Assembly (NCBI RefSeq): GCF_044704955.1
Contig: NC_091993.1
Span: 116,994,001-117,058,000, forward strand
DNA length: 64,000 nt
From: Pristiophorus japonicus
Taxonomy: Eukaryota
Direction of reading: 5' to 3'
Shown here: in pieces, positions 1 through 12,476 of the stretch
How the letters are laid out: each line of letters starts with the position of its first letter
Position numbering within the stretch: the stretch's first letter is position 1
Notes under the pieces: model-generated
Databases searched by the model: none
What the model was told of the DNA's origin: nothing
Seen by the model: only the letters and a program-made list of their open reading frames with translations
Position numbers and translations under genes: made by a program

Positions 1-108
1 ACCCCTGGTTCTGGACTTCCCCAACATTGGGAACATTCTTCCTGCATCTAACCTGTCTAAACACGTCAGAATTTTAAACGTTTCTATGAGGTCCCCTCTC
101 ATTCTTCT
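1..108 (-). mobile_element. CR1 3' ORF2 fragment (same family as 19811-22736), cut by the window edge
   Basis: Nearly identical to about 20115-20222. Confidence 0.85.
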
Positions 109-340
109 GTACGCTTGGCACGAATCAATATTACCCGCCGCATCTGGCAGAACACAAATAACAAAGGCAAAGGGGTTCACATGGGGACAAACAAAGGAAA
201 CCGATCAGGGAAGTGACGTGCCTCTACTGAGTAGACCATCTAGGAAGCTCAACGATCAAATGATGCTTGATTAAATGAACAGACTATCAGTAAACGATAT
301 GTTAAACAGCTTGAAATTTAACAACACGATATTCATATAC

Positions 341-389
341 ACTTTGTGTTCCACACGAGTTGTAAGTTTATCTTCACTATTGGAGAAAC
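341..389 (-). CDS. Candidate exon 2 of the second gene (SFSNSEDKLTTRVEHK..); donor uncertain
   Basis: Good acceptor TTCTCTGTCCTCAG|GT, phase-1 compatible with the 4939 donor; no strong donor identified. Confidence 0.3.
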
Positions 390-769
390 CTGAGGACAGA
401 GAACATTTTTTGTCCTGTTAATCTCCAAATAATAAATTTTGATGAAGCGCATAAACCTAAAATATTAACCTGTCTGACGCCGATTGCCGCTGGGCCAAAT
501 TGGCACTGAGGGGTTGTTACCGCTCCTTAATGCCGACACTCCGGCTGCCACCATTTTTAAAGGGGCCTTCTCTCGGGTGGCCGGAGCAACCGCCTGTTTG
601 GTACAGTCGGCCTCTTGATTATGCAAATCGTACTCACCTGTTCATATCCCTGTAATGTCCCGCAATATCCTTCTGTCCCCCTCCCTGAGAGAACATTCCA
701 TTCCTCTGACTCAAGCTTCTTCTGCATTGTCTCCTCCCTCTGCCCCACCATTGATAGTTGAACACAAGA

Positions 770-3700
770 ACATAAGAAGATAAGAAATAGGATCAGGAGT
801 AGGCCATATGGCCCCTCACGCCTGCTCCGCATTCAATAAGATCACGGCTGATCTGATCATGGACTCAGCTCCACTTCCCTGCCCGCTCCCCATAACATTT
901 TACTTCCTTATCGCTCAAAAATCTGTCTATCTCCACCTTAAATATATTCAACGACCCAGCCTCCACAGTTCTCTGGGACAGAGAATTCCATAGATTTACA
1001 ACTCTCTGAAAGAAGAAATATCTCCTCATCTCAGTTTTAAATGGCCGGCCCCTTATTCTGAGACTATGTCCCCCAGTTTTAGTTTTCCCTATGAGTGGAA
1101 ATATCCTCTCTGCATCCACCTTGTCGAGCCCCCTCATTATCTTATAAATTTCAATAAGATCACCTCTCATCCTTCTAAACTCTAATGAGTAGAGGCCCAA
1201 CCTACTCAACCTATCTTCGTAAGTCAACCCCCTCATCTCCGGAATCAACCTAGTGGACCTTCTCTGAACAGCCTCCGATGCAAATATATCCTTCCTTAAA
1301 TACGGATACCAAAACTGTACGCAGTACTCCAGGTGTGGCCTCACCAATACCCTGCACAGTTGTAGCAGCACTTCTCTGCTTTTATACTCTACCCCCCTTG
1401 CAATAAAAGCCAACATTCCATTTGCCCTCCTGATTACTTGCTGTACCTGCATACTAACTTTTTGTGTTTCATGCACAAGGACCCCCAGGTCCCTCTGTAC
1501 TGCAGCACTTTGCAATTTTTCTCCATTTAAATTAAAATTTGCTTTTCTATTATTTCTGCCAAAGTGGATAACCTCACATTTTCCCACATTATACTTCATC
1601 TGCCAAATGTTTGCCCACTCACTTAGCCTGTCTATATCCCTTTGCTGATTTTTTGTGTCCTCCTCACAATTTGCTTTCCCACCCATCTTTGTATCATCAG
1701 CAAACTTGGCTACATTATACTCGGTCCCTTCATGCAAGTCATTGATATAGATTGTAAATAATTGAGAGCCCAGCACCGATCCCTGTGGCACCCCACTAGC
1801 CAGTGTTTGCCAACCGGAAAATGACCCATTTATCCCAACTCTCTGTTTTCTGTTAGTTAGCCAATCTTTTATCCATGCTAATATATTACCCCCAACCCCA
1901 TGAGCATTTATCAGTTTGCAGTGATTGTGACCATCTTTAAAAAAGGGGACAAGTCCGACTGCGGCAACTACAGAGGAAGCTCCCTGCTATCAGCCACTGG
2001 GAAGGTCGTCACTAGAGTCCTCCTCAATCGTCTTCTCCCTGTGGCCGAGGAGCTCCTCCTGGAGTCGCAGTGCGGATTTCGTCCCCTCCGGGGCACAACG
2101 AACCTGATTTTTGCAGCGTGACAGCTGGAGGAAAAATGCAGGGAACAGCGCCAACCCTTATAAACGGCCTTCTTCAACCTTACAAAGGCCTTTGACACTG
2201 TCAACTGCGAGGGTCTATGGAGCGCCCTCCTCCGTTTCGGATGCCCCCAAAAGTACGTCACCATCCTCCGCCTGCTCCACGACGACATGCAGGCCGTGAT
2301 CCTGACCAACGGATCCATCACAGACCCAATCCAGGTCCGGACTGGGGGTCAAGCAGGGCTGCATCATCACCCCAACCCTCTTCTCAATCTTCCTCGCTGC
2401 CATGCTCCACCTCACAGTTGACAAGCTCCCCGTTGGAGTGGAACTAAACTACAGAACTGGTGGGAAGCTGTTCAACTGTCGTCGACTCCAGGCCAGGTCG
2501 AAGACCACTACAACCTCTGTCGTCGAGCTGCAGTATGCCTGCGTCTGTGCACACACAGAGGCTGAACTCCAGGACATAGTCAACGTATTTAATGAGGCGT
2601 ATGAAAGCATGGGCCTTACGCTAAACATCAGTAAGACAAAGGTCCTCCACAAGCCTGTCCTCGCCGCACAGAACTGCCCCCCCAGACATCAAGATCCACG
2701 GGGCAACCCTGGACAACGTGGATAATTTCCCTTATCTAGGGAGCCTCTTATCAACAAGAGCGGGCATTGACGACGAGATCCAACACCGCCTCCAGTGCGC
2801 CAGTGCAGCCTTCGGCTGCCTGAGGAAAAGAGTGTTTGAAGACCAGGCCCTCAAAACTGTCACCAAGCTCACAGGGCCGTAGTAATACCCGCCCCTCCTG
2901 TATGGCTCAGAGATGTGGATCATGTACAGTAGACACCTCAGTTCGCTGGAGAAAAACCAACAATGATGTCACCGCAAGATCTTACAAATCCCCTGGGAGG
3001 ACAGACGCACCAACATTAGTGTCCAGGCCAACATCCCCAGCATTGAAGCACAGACCACACTTGATCAGCTCCGCTGGGCAGGCCACATAGTTCGCATGCC
3101 AGACACGAGACTCCCAAAGCAAGCGCTCTACTCGGAACTCGTCCATGGCAAACGAGCCAAATGTGGGCAGAGGAAACGTTACAATGACACCTTCAAAGCT
3201 TCCCTGATAAAGTGCGACATCCCCACTGACACCTGGGAGTCCCTGGCCACAGACCGCCCTAAGAGAAGGAAGTGCATTCGGGAGGACGCTGAGCACCTCG
3301 AGTATTGTCGCCGCGAGCAGGTAGAAATCAAGCGCAGGCGGTGGACGGGCGTGCAGCAAGCCAGGCTCCCAGCCCACCCTTTCTTTCAACCACTGTCTGT
3401 CCCACCTGTGACAGAGACAGTGGTTCTCGTATTGGACTGTACAGCCACCTAAGAACTCATGCTAAGAGTGGAAGCAAGTTTTCCTTGATTCCGAGGGACT
3501 GCCTATGATGATGATGATCTTGTGCAGTAACCTCTTATGTGGCACCTTATCAAATGCCTCCTGGAAATCCAAATACACCACATCCACTGGTTCCCCCTTA
3601 TCCACTCTGCTCATTACATCCTCAAAGAACTCCAGCAAATTTGTCAAACATGATTTCCCTTTCATAAAACCATGCTGACTCTGCTTGATTGAATCATGCT

Positions 3701-4690
3701 TTTTCAAATGTCCCAGTGCTGCTTACTTAATAATGGACTCCAGCATTTTCCCAACGACAGTTGATAGGCTAACTGCTCTATAGTTTCCTGCTTTTTGTCT
3801 GCCTCCTTTTTTAAATAGGGGCATTACATTTGCGGTTTTCCAATCCGCTGGGACCGCTCCAGAATCCAGGGAATTTTGGTAAATTACAACCAATGCATCC
3901 ATTCTCTCTGCAGCCACTTCTCTTAAGACCCTAGGATGTAGGCCATCAGGTGCAGGGGACTTGTCCGCCTTTAGTCCCATTATTTTGCCTAGTACTACTT
4001 CATTAGTGATAGCGATTGTATTAAGTTCCTCCCTATAGCCCCTTGATTATCCACTATTGGGATGTTTTTAGTGTCTTCTACCATGAAGACCGATACAAAC
4101 TATTTGTTCAACGTCTCTACCATTTCCCTGTTCTCCATTATTAATTCCCCAATCTCATCCTCTAGGGGGCCAACATTTACTTTTAATGTACCTCTAGAAA
4201 TTCTTACTATCTGTTTTTATATTTCGTGCTAGTTTACTTTCATAATCTATCTTCCCTCTCTATCATTTTTTTAGTCATTCTTTGCTGGCTTTTAAAAATT
4301 TCCCAATTCTCTGGCCTCTCACTAGTCTTGGCCACATTGTATGCCTTTGTTTTCAATTTGATACCCTCCCTTATTTCCTTAGTTAGCCACAGATGGTTAT
4401 CCCTTCTCTTTCAGTTTTTCTTTCTCATTGGGATATATTTTGTTGCGAGTTATGAAATATTTCCTTAAATGCCACTGCTCATCAACCGTCCCGTACTTTA
4501 GTCTATTTTCCCAGCCCACTTTAGCCAACTCTGCCCTCATACCTTTGTAGTCTCCTTTATTTAAGCTTAAAACTTTCTTTCTTTCCAAGTGAATTTTAAA
4601 CTCAACCATATTATGGTCATGCATTCCTAGAGGATCTTTTATTATGAGATTATTTATTAATCCTGCCTCATCACACAGTACTAGATCTAA
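770..4690 (-). mobile_element. Decayed CR1 LINE (TAAGAACA-tail family) split by an RTE insertion
   Basis: RT ORF pieces 865-1791, 3519-3707, 3723-3980, 4397-4690; CR1 sequence resumes across 1912/3517. Confidence 0.9.
1913..3516 (+). mobile_element. RTE-clade LINE, 5'-truncated and frameshifted
   Basis: GDKSDCGNYRG.SLLS, RLPKQALYSEL, C-terminal CPTC..H.RTH knuckle, (GAT)n tail. Confidence 0.9.
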
Positions 4691-4938
4691 GTCTTCACTT
4701 AGGTCCAACTCTCTGGAATTCGATTGCTAGACCCCATCCTGCTCTCCAACTCCCACTCCTCTTTTAAGACCCTCTTTAAGACCTATCTCTTTGACCAAGC
4801 CCCTCCCAATCTGTCGTTCTTTGGCTCAGTATCTGTTTCCTCACACTGCTGTGAAGCGCTTTGAGCCATTTTTTCGATGTTAAAAGCACTATGTAGGTGC
4901 GAGCTGTTGCTCCTAAATATACAATTGGAGAATCTTAC

Positions 4939-4978
4939 TTGATGTCAACGTGAGGAACAGCAGAGCAGCGACCTTCAT
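4939..4978 (-). CDS. Signal-peptide exon of a second, probably paralogous receptor gene (MKVAALLFLTLTS)
   Basis: Same 40-nt length, phase and TCA A|GTAAG ending as exon 1 at 45123-45162; lies in non-repetitive DNA. Confidence 0.65.
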
Positions 4979-5414
4979 CCTTCCAGTGAAGTTTTCAGTA
5001 AAAATGTTTCTGTGTGCTGGTTAAAAAATCTATGCGGAATTTTCACATCCTCGTAGAATTACAAATACTTTCGCAATATGACATTTGATCAGAGATATTG
5101 CCAAATCTTCCTTTTTCCTAACTCGCTGTGTGTGTATACGTCAACAGTTGCAGTTTGGAAACATTTTCCTTTTGTGACTAACCATCTGCGCAAATTGGCT
5201 GCCGTGTTTCCTACATTACAACAGTGACTATACCATTGGCTGAAAAGCGCTTTGGGATGTCCTTGAGGTCATGAAAAGTGCTATAGGCGTGCAAGTCTTT
5301 CTTTTAATGTTCTTTTTTTGGAGCAGGTGGACCTGCTGTACGTTGCCAGCGTCTTGTGTTTTAATTCAAACCTGATCCCCAGGTTTTCTGTTTTTCATTT
5401 TCTCCCATTACCTT

Positions 5415-5615
5415 AGAATCATAGCGTGCTACAGCAGAGAAGGAGGCCATTCGGCCCATCGAGTCTGCACCGGTTCCTTCATCTAGCAGTCGTTGCATAA
5501 AAAGGTTTTCTCTCAAATTGCCTCTGGTTCTTTTGCCAATCACCTTAGATCTGTGTCCTCTCGTTATCGACCCTTCGGCTATTGGAAACAAGTTCTCTTT
5601 ACTTACTCTATCTAA
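5415..5615 (-). mobile_element. Old CR1 3' fragment
   Basis: LDRVSKENLFP..SITRGH..K translation plus CR1 3' hairpin. Confidence 0.65.
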
Positions 5616-6074
5616 ATCCTTAGGCCAGTGAGGAGAGGCATAGAGGTACAGGTGGGCTCCACCGGTGGGGTCCAAGCATGGCATGTGTCGCAGCTCTCTC
5701 CCCCTCCCTCAGGGCAGAACTCGTTTCTAGCAGAGCGGGGCTGGCAGTCGCCAGAGGTGCCCCCGCAATGGCACTTCTGCCCACCTGCCCCATCCTAATG
5801 CAGTGCCCTACTGACCGGAGCACATTCAAGGCCTTCCGCTTTATTATTATTTTTATATTACTATTTAAACTCGATGCTGACCATTCGTTCTCCCCACAGA
5901 TGCTGACTGTGTGTTTCCAGCTTTTTCTGGTGCTGTTTTCGATGTGCAGCATTATTAACATTTTTATTGAAATCAGTAAAACGTGTTGGTCATTTATTGC
6001 AAGTGGAGTTGTGCCTTGTTTGAAAATTCAATGGTGCTCCGATTGCAACACTGCTGTCGTTGTATCATGTGACT

Positions 6075-6190
6075 CATCATCAGCTGCAGCACAGGCAGTC
6101 CCTCGAAATCGAGGAAGACTTGCTTCCACTCTAAAAGTGAGCTCTTAGGTGGCTGAACAGTCGAATACGGGAATTACAGTCTCTGTCACA
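6075..6190 (-). mobile_element. RTE 3' end fragment
   Basis: GGCAGTCCCTCGAAATCGAGGAAGACTTGCTTCC terminal motif shared with the other RTE copies. Confidence 0.75.
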
Positions 6191-6589
6191 GAGGGAAAGG
6201 TGAACCAGCTGGACCTCGGTCGTTTTTTAATCTATCAATTCCTCTGTTACTCTTCATGCACAGTAGTCTTGTTAAGTTTTATCTCTGTGTGTCAATCAGC
6301 ATTGTGCAATTTATAGTTAAAATGAAGGACACCCTCCAACATTGCTTTCTGCTTGAAGAAAAGCAACTGTGGTGGAGTGAGCTGGTCTCATGTTAATGAG
6401 TTAACATAATGGGTCACAGACTGGGAGACCAGCTCTGAATCTCAACATTTGCTGGCATCCTCAACTAGGTCTTCTGCAAGATGACAAGCTTTGATCTTGG
6501 ATAGCCAGTCGCTAAAGTCCTGAATGGAGGCAAAAGTGCTCAATTGACAGACTGAGTTTCAATGGTCCATACCCACTGACTAGAAAGAA

Positions 6590-7048
6590 TGAAAGGCTTG
6601 TATTTATATAGCGCCTTTCACAACCACTGGATATCCCAAAGCCCTTTTACAGCCAATTAAGTGCTTTTGAAGTGTAGTCACTGTTGTAATGTAGGGAACC
6701 GTGGTAGGAAATTTGCACACAGCAAGCTCCCACAAACAGCAGTGTGAGAATAACCAGATAATCTGTTTTTTTGTTATGTTGATTGAGGGATAAATATTAG
6801 CCAGGACACTGGGGATAACTCCCCTGCTCTTCTTCAAAATAGTGCCATGGGATCTTTTACATCCATCTGAGAGAGTAGACAGGGCCTTGGTTTAACATCT
6901 CATCCAAAAGACGGCACCTCCGACAGTGCAGCACTCCCTCGGGAGTGTCAGCCAAGATTTTTGTGCTCAAGTCTCTGACGTGGGACTTGAACCCACGACC
7001 TTCTGCCTCGGAGGCGCGAGTGATACCCACTGAGCCATAGCTGACACT
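6590..7048 (-). mobile_element. tRNA-headed Deu-domain SINE (SacSINE1-like), near full length
   Basis: A box TGGCTCAGTGG, B box GTTCAAGTCCC, core GGCACTATTTTGAAGAAGAGCAGGGGAG, tail AAAGGCGCTATATAAAT. Confidence 0.8.
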
Positions 7049-7626
7049 GGTAGAAACAGAGAGACCTTTGGCAATCCTCTCCTCGCTCCGGCTGAGCGGC
7101 TTGTGGGATACAAAGGAGAGATGGCGAGACTGAGAGCTGGAGTGATTGAAATAAAAAATAAAAACAAATTAAAAATGCGCAGTGACCTGGTAACTCGGTG
7201 ATTAAGTGTTTGAATCTTTCCTGCTCAGAATGTTGCAAGTATCGATGCCAAAGTTGCCAGCCGTTCAAGATTTGCTTGGTTTGATTTGCTAGTTCCGAGC
7301 TGCATCAGTAGATGGAGTTCTACACCACAGTAAGATATTCCAAACCTGAATGGAACATTCAACATTGGACCACGACATTCCGAAAATTTTCAGAGGAAAT
7401 GGTTAGACCACAGTTGGAATACGATGTATAGTTTTGAATGCCCGATTATAGAAAGGAAATTGAAACCATGGGGATTATTATGATGTGCACTTCCCCAGCA
7501 GAGGAGAGGCAGAGTTCATCGATGAGTTTCTCCTGTGCTCCTGTTATGCATCTCTTGGCAGTTGGTGTTGGAGTGCCATTGACAGACTCCGAGCACACAG
7601 TTCGATGGCCCGAATTTTGCGGTGGG

Positions 7627-8630
7627 TAATCATCATCATTATAGGCAGTCCCTCGAAATCGAGGAAGGCTTGCTTCCACTCTAAAAGTGAGTTCTCAGGT
7701 GAATGTACAGTTCAATATGGGAATTACAGTCTCTGTCGCAGGTGGGCCAGATAATGGTTGAAGGAAAGGGTGGGCGGGAAGTCTGGTTTGCCGCACGCTC
7801 CTTGGGGATCAAGGGGTATGGCGAGAAAGCAGGAATGGGGTACTGAAGTTGCATGTTCAGCCATGAATTCATTGAATGGCGGTGCAAGCTCGAAGGGCCG
7901 AATGGCCTACTCCTGCGCCTATTTTCTATGTTTCTAGGTTTCTATGTTTCTGCTGCCCGCGCTTGGTTTCTGCATGCTCTCGGTGACGAGACTCGAGGTG
8001 CTCAGCGCCCTCCCGGATGCACTTTCTCCACTTAGGGCGGTCTTAGACCAGGGATTCCCAGGTGCAGTTGGGAATGCTGCACTTTATCAAGGAGGCTTTG
8101 AGGGTGTCCTTGAAATGTTTCCTCTGCCCAGCTGGGGATTGCCTGCCATGTAGGAGTTCCGAGTAAAGCGCTTGCTTTAGGAGTCTTGTGTCAGGTATGC
8201 AGCACTGCCCACGGTCATTAAAATCCACGGCGCGGCCTTGGACAACGTGGACCACTTTCCATACCTCAGGAGCCTACTATCAGCAAAGGCAGACATCGAT
8301 GATGAGGTCCAACACTGCCTCCAGTGCGCCAGCGCAGCCTTCGGTTGCCTGAAGAAGAGAGTGTTCGAAGACCAGGACCTCAAGTCTGGCACCAAGCTTA
8401 TGGTCTACAAGGCTATAGTGATACCCGCCCTCCTGTATGGCTCAGAGACATGGACCATATACAGTAGACACTTCAAATCGCTGGAGAAATACCACCAACA
8501 ATGTCTCCGCAAGATCCTGCAAATCTCCTGGGAGGATAGACGCACCGACGTCAGTGTTCTCGATCAGGCCAACATCCCCAGCATCGAAGCACTGATTACA
8601 TTCGATCAACTCCATTGGGCGGGCCACATT
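7627..8630. mobile_element. RTE LINE with 5' inversion (minus 7627-8200, plus 8200-8630), containing a CR1 tail at 7803-7950
   Basis: Opposite-strand RTE ORF pieces that are adjacent in the element (..WAGHI / IPDTRL..). Confidence 0.8.
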
Positions 8631-9449
8631 GCAATGGGTAATAATGGCGAACTGTCAGCGTTCATCGTCATTACCCTTCTGACCCTGACCGCCACTTCAG
8701 GATTTGGCGCATGTGCATCTAAATGCGGAAATCCTGAAGTTGCGGTCAGTCATTTACTGCACCAACACTGGCTACGTTGTGGCCCATCCCATCCCCCCAT
8801 AGCCGCCAATCAGTGTAATCAGTGAAATCCGTGAAACGGATGAAAACTTGGGCTTTTCCACGCTAATATCGCTGCTAAATACCCCATTAAAAGTTAGACC
8901 TTGTTGGAATAAGTGGGGATTTAATAGCTTATTGACTGCTAAGCAACCATTTTGGCCCTGAAAAAATAATTTTTATACTTGTGGCGTATCAAATTTCTCC
9001 ATTATGATGAAAATTACAATTGTTTAAAAACTTAAAAGAAGAATTTTAAAGTTTGTTCATGATATTTTGGCTTTTACCTTATCCCCATGTGAAAGTCCAA
9101 TCTTTATTTCGCTCTCTGCAACTTTTTTAAAAAGTCTGGATAAAGGCAACTTTTTATTTCTTGGTTTGCTGTCTGTGAGAATTCTGCAATGTGATTGGCT
9201 GCTAAGACAGCTGGTTGACGTCACTGCAGCTCTTAACTGGGAATCTCCATGGCAGAGTGCTGCAATCAAATGCACGTCGAAAATGGCAAACTTCTCGCCA
9301 CAGAGATCGGGCGATCTCTGTGGGCAGCTTTGTTTGGGGCCAGCAGTGAACGCCTTTGCTTCACCATTGATTGAAAATTCCAGGCCATTATCTTCGCCCA
9401 AGGAATAATGCATGGTGTATAAGGAGATGTCAGAAAGATTCACCAGGTT

Positions 9450-9995
9450 GATCATCATCATCATCATCATCATTATCATCATCATAGGCAGTCCCTCAGA
9501 ATCGAGGAAGACTTGCTTCCACTCTTAGTATGAGTTCTTAGGTAGCTGTACAGTCACAGGTGGGACAGACAGTGGTTGAAGAAAAGGGTGGGTGGGAGTC
9601 TGGTTTGCCGCACGCCCCTTCCACTGCCTGTGCTTGATTTCTGCATGCTCTCAGCGACGAAACTTGAGGAGCTCAGTGCCCTCCTGGATGCACTTCCTCC
9701 ACTTCGGGCGGTCTTTGGCCAGGGACTCCCAGTATGTCAGTGGGATGTCGCACTTTATCAGGGAAGCTTTGAAAGTGTCCTTGTAACGTTTCCGCTGCCC
9801 ACCTTTGGCTCGTTTGCCGTGGACAAGTTCTGAGTAGAGCGCTTGCTTTGGGAGTCTCGTGTCTGGCATGCGAACTATGTGGCCTGCCCAGCGGAGCTGA
9901 TCAAGTGTGGTCAGAGCTTCAATGCTGGGGATGTTGGCCTGGTCGAGGACGCTAATGTTGGTGCATCTATCCTCCCAGGGGATTTGTAGGATTTT
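9450..9995 (-). mobile_element. RTE 3' fragment with expanded (ATC)n tail
   Basis: ORF 9651-9869; microsatellite 9450-9485. Confidence 0.85.
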
Positions 9996-10511
9996 GCAAA
10001 GTATAGTTATGAGGAGTGACGTGATATTTCCTCAGGAGCAGAGAAGGTTAAACGATTGATAATAGAGGTTTTTAAAATGATGAAGGGTTTTGATAGACTG
10101 AATAGAGGAAAACTATTTCTTCCGGTTGGCATGTCAGTAACAAGGGATCATCGATTCAAAATTGTCATTGTCAGACTGAGGAGAAATGATTAGGAGACAT
10201 TTATTTACGCAAAGAAATGTCGGAGTACAGAATGCTTTGCCACAGTATCTTTTAAGGGATAATTGGGTGGGCACTTATTGCATCTAATAGGATTTCTCTA
10301 TCCAACTCATTCAAAAACTAAATTGATCTTTGAGAATTGGTAGAGTGATTCAATTGAAATTAAGAGAATCATTTTGTATTAATGGTCTGGGCAGTTTCTC
10401 TATCAAACAATAGAAAACGTACAAATGTATAATGTATATCTGTTTTGCCAAAGACCTGTTTAATGTTAAATAAATAGATTGTTTTTGAATTTCACTAATT
10501 GTTATACAAGG

Positions 10512-10900
10512 ACAACAACAACTTGTATTTATATAGCGCCTTTAATGCAGTAAAACGTCCCAAGGCGCTTCGCAGGAGCATTATGCGCTAAAAATTTGAC
10601 ACCGAGCCGCATACGTAGAAATTAACGCAGGTGACTGGTCACAGAGGTAGGTTTTAAGGAGCATCTTGAAGGAAGAAAGAGAGGTAGAGAGACAAAGAGG
10701 TTTAGGCAGCGAGTTCCAAAGCTTGGGGCCTAAGCAGCTGAAGGCACGGCCACCAATGGTTGAGCGATTATAATCAGGAATGCTCAAGAGGACAGACTTA
10801 GAGGAGCGCAGACATCTTGGGGGGTTGTGGAGCTGGAGGAGATTACAGAGATAGGGAGGGGCGAGCCATGGAGGGATTTGAAAGTAAGGATGGGAATGAC
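10512..10900 (-). mobile_element. L2-clade LINE 3' fragment
   Basis: TIGGRAFSCLGPKLWNSLP..SFK.LLKTYL C-terminus; similar pieces at 4700-4910(+), 17625-17860(-), 63720-63980(-). Confidence 0.75.
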
Positions 10901-10972
10901 ATATATTAAGTTACGATGTCCATGTCCTTTGCAAATTCTGATGGAGCGTACTTGGACAAGTTAAAAAATTCT

Positions 10973-11706
10973 ATGGCCCAGAAATCCCGGCCTCCCCAGG
11001 CCCGTACGGAGTGTGTACAGATCCAGGAAGGCATCGCAAGAGCCAGTTTTCAGCAAACAATGCGCATGTGCTGAAAACCGGCTTTTCCGATCTGCCAAGC
11101 TCTGGATTGATTGATCTTCCGTACCCCCACAGCCAGGACATTCGCATGGGCAAGATTACGGTATTAACCCATCTCTTGCCCAGCGGATATTCTGAAAACT
11201 CTTGCGCCTGGTAAAAAGCAGGCGCATTGCCTACTTTTACCAGCTTAAAAGTTTTAAAATATACAAAAACAGATAAAAATAAAATTTAAAAAGCACGTTT
11301 TAATGTTAAAAGCCTTGCCCACTAAGGTAAGTTTATTTTAAGCCATAATTAAAAAACAAAAAAAAAATTAATCTTAAATATGTGATGTATTTTTTCTATT
11401 TTTTTATTGATGTTTGGGGGGGGGGGGCGGGGTGTTTCTCAATCATAATAACGAGAACTCCTACTTACAGAGTTCCCATTATTATGAATGAGCAAATACT
11501 GTACCTGGATTGGCTGCCCAGTGCCATGTGACTCCAGCTCCAGCATACGGACGTCCTGATGTGCATGCTCACCGATGCGCAGGGAGAGGAGGCCTCAGTA
11601 CTGGGATCGCTGGTGGGCGCAGCAAGGAACAGGTCGGCGTGCATCTTTTTGACCATTTTCTGGTCGAGTGCCCGCGGGAAGCGGTGGAGTGGAATTTTAG
11701 GACCAT
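10973..11706. mobile_element. Non-autonomous DNA transposon (Harbinger-like MITE)
   Basis: Imperfect TIRs ATGGCCCAGAAATC / GAATTTTAGGACCAT. Confidence 0.45.
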
Positions 11707-12079
11707 ATAACTTGAACAAACCTGCTGTTTTGAAGCGTAGGAATATGCCCGGATTTTGCGGTGGGTGCGATTCTGCAGACCCGGAGTCGGCCGTTGAAAT
11801 CCATGGCAAGTTGTAGATTTCTGCATGCACTTGTGCGTGCGCTGAATCCCGAGCTTGCCGTCCATCAATGTACGCGTTGACAGGCCGTCCGCACTGCCAC
11901 CGAAAACCCAATTGCTGGCGCAGAGTTGGGCTACTTGCCCACCAACAGCCCAGCAATTATGTACTGAAATTTTACGGCTGGTGGGAACATCCACAGCGTA
12001 TGCGGATACCCAAAATGAAAATAAATCTTTTTGTTTTAAATGAAGTGACAATTATTTTAATAGAAACTTTAAATTAAGT

Positions 12080-12476
12080 GCCTCCTTTTGGCACCAGAAC
12101 CCACAAATGAACACTTTAAAACTGTAACGAAAACCTTTAATCAAATTAGAATTTGGTTGCCGAGGGTGATGATGCACTCCAGTCCCTCCGGCGCCCACCT
12201 CTCGCGGGAGGCCGCGAGCGTACCGGTGGACACCGCGTGCTCCATCTCTAGGGACACCCTGGCCCGGATGTAGGCGCGGAAGAGAGGCAGACAGTCAGGC
12301 TGAACGACCCCCTCGACCGCCCGCTGCCTGGACCGGCTGATGGCCCCCTTGGCCCTGCCCAGGAGCAGTCCTACGAGGAGGCCTTCCGACCTGCCCGCTC
12401 CCCTCCGCACAGGGCGCCCAAAGATCAGGAGCGTGGGACTGAAGTGCAGCCAGAATTTGAGGAGCAGCCCCGTCAA
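12080..12476 (-). mobile_element. Tx1/L1-clade ORF2 C-terminal fragment and 3' UTR
   Basis: LLLKFWLHFSPTLLIFG..LLVGLLLG.AK.AI.RSR..RARVSLEMEHA..RERW resembles Tx1 ORF2 C-termini (recognised from memory). Confidence 0.6.

Noticed and set aside
6975-7048. tRNA gene
   Set aside because: A and B boxes belong to a SINE head that continues into the Deu core
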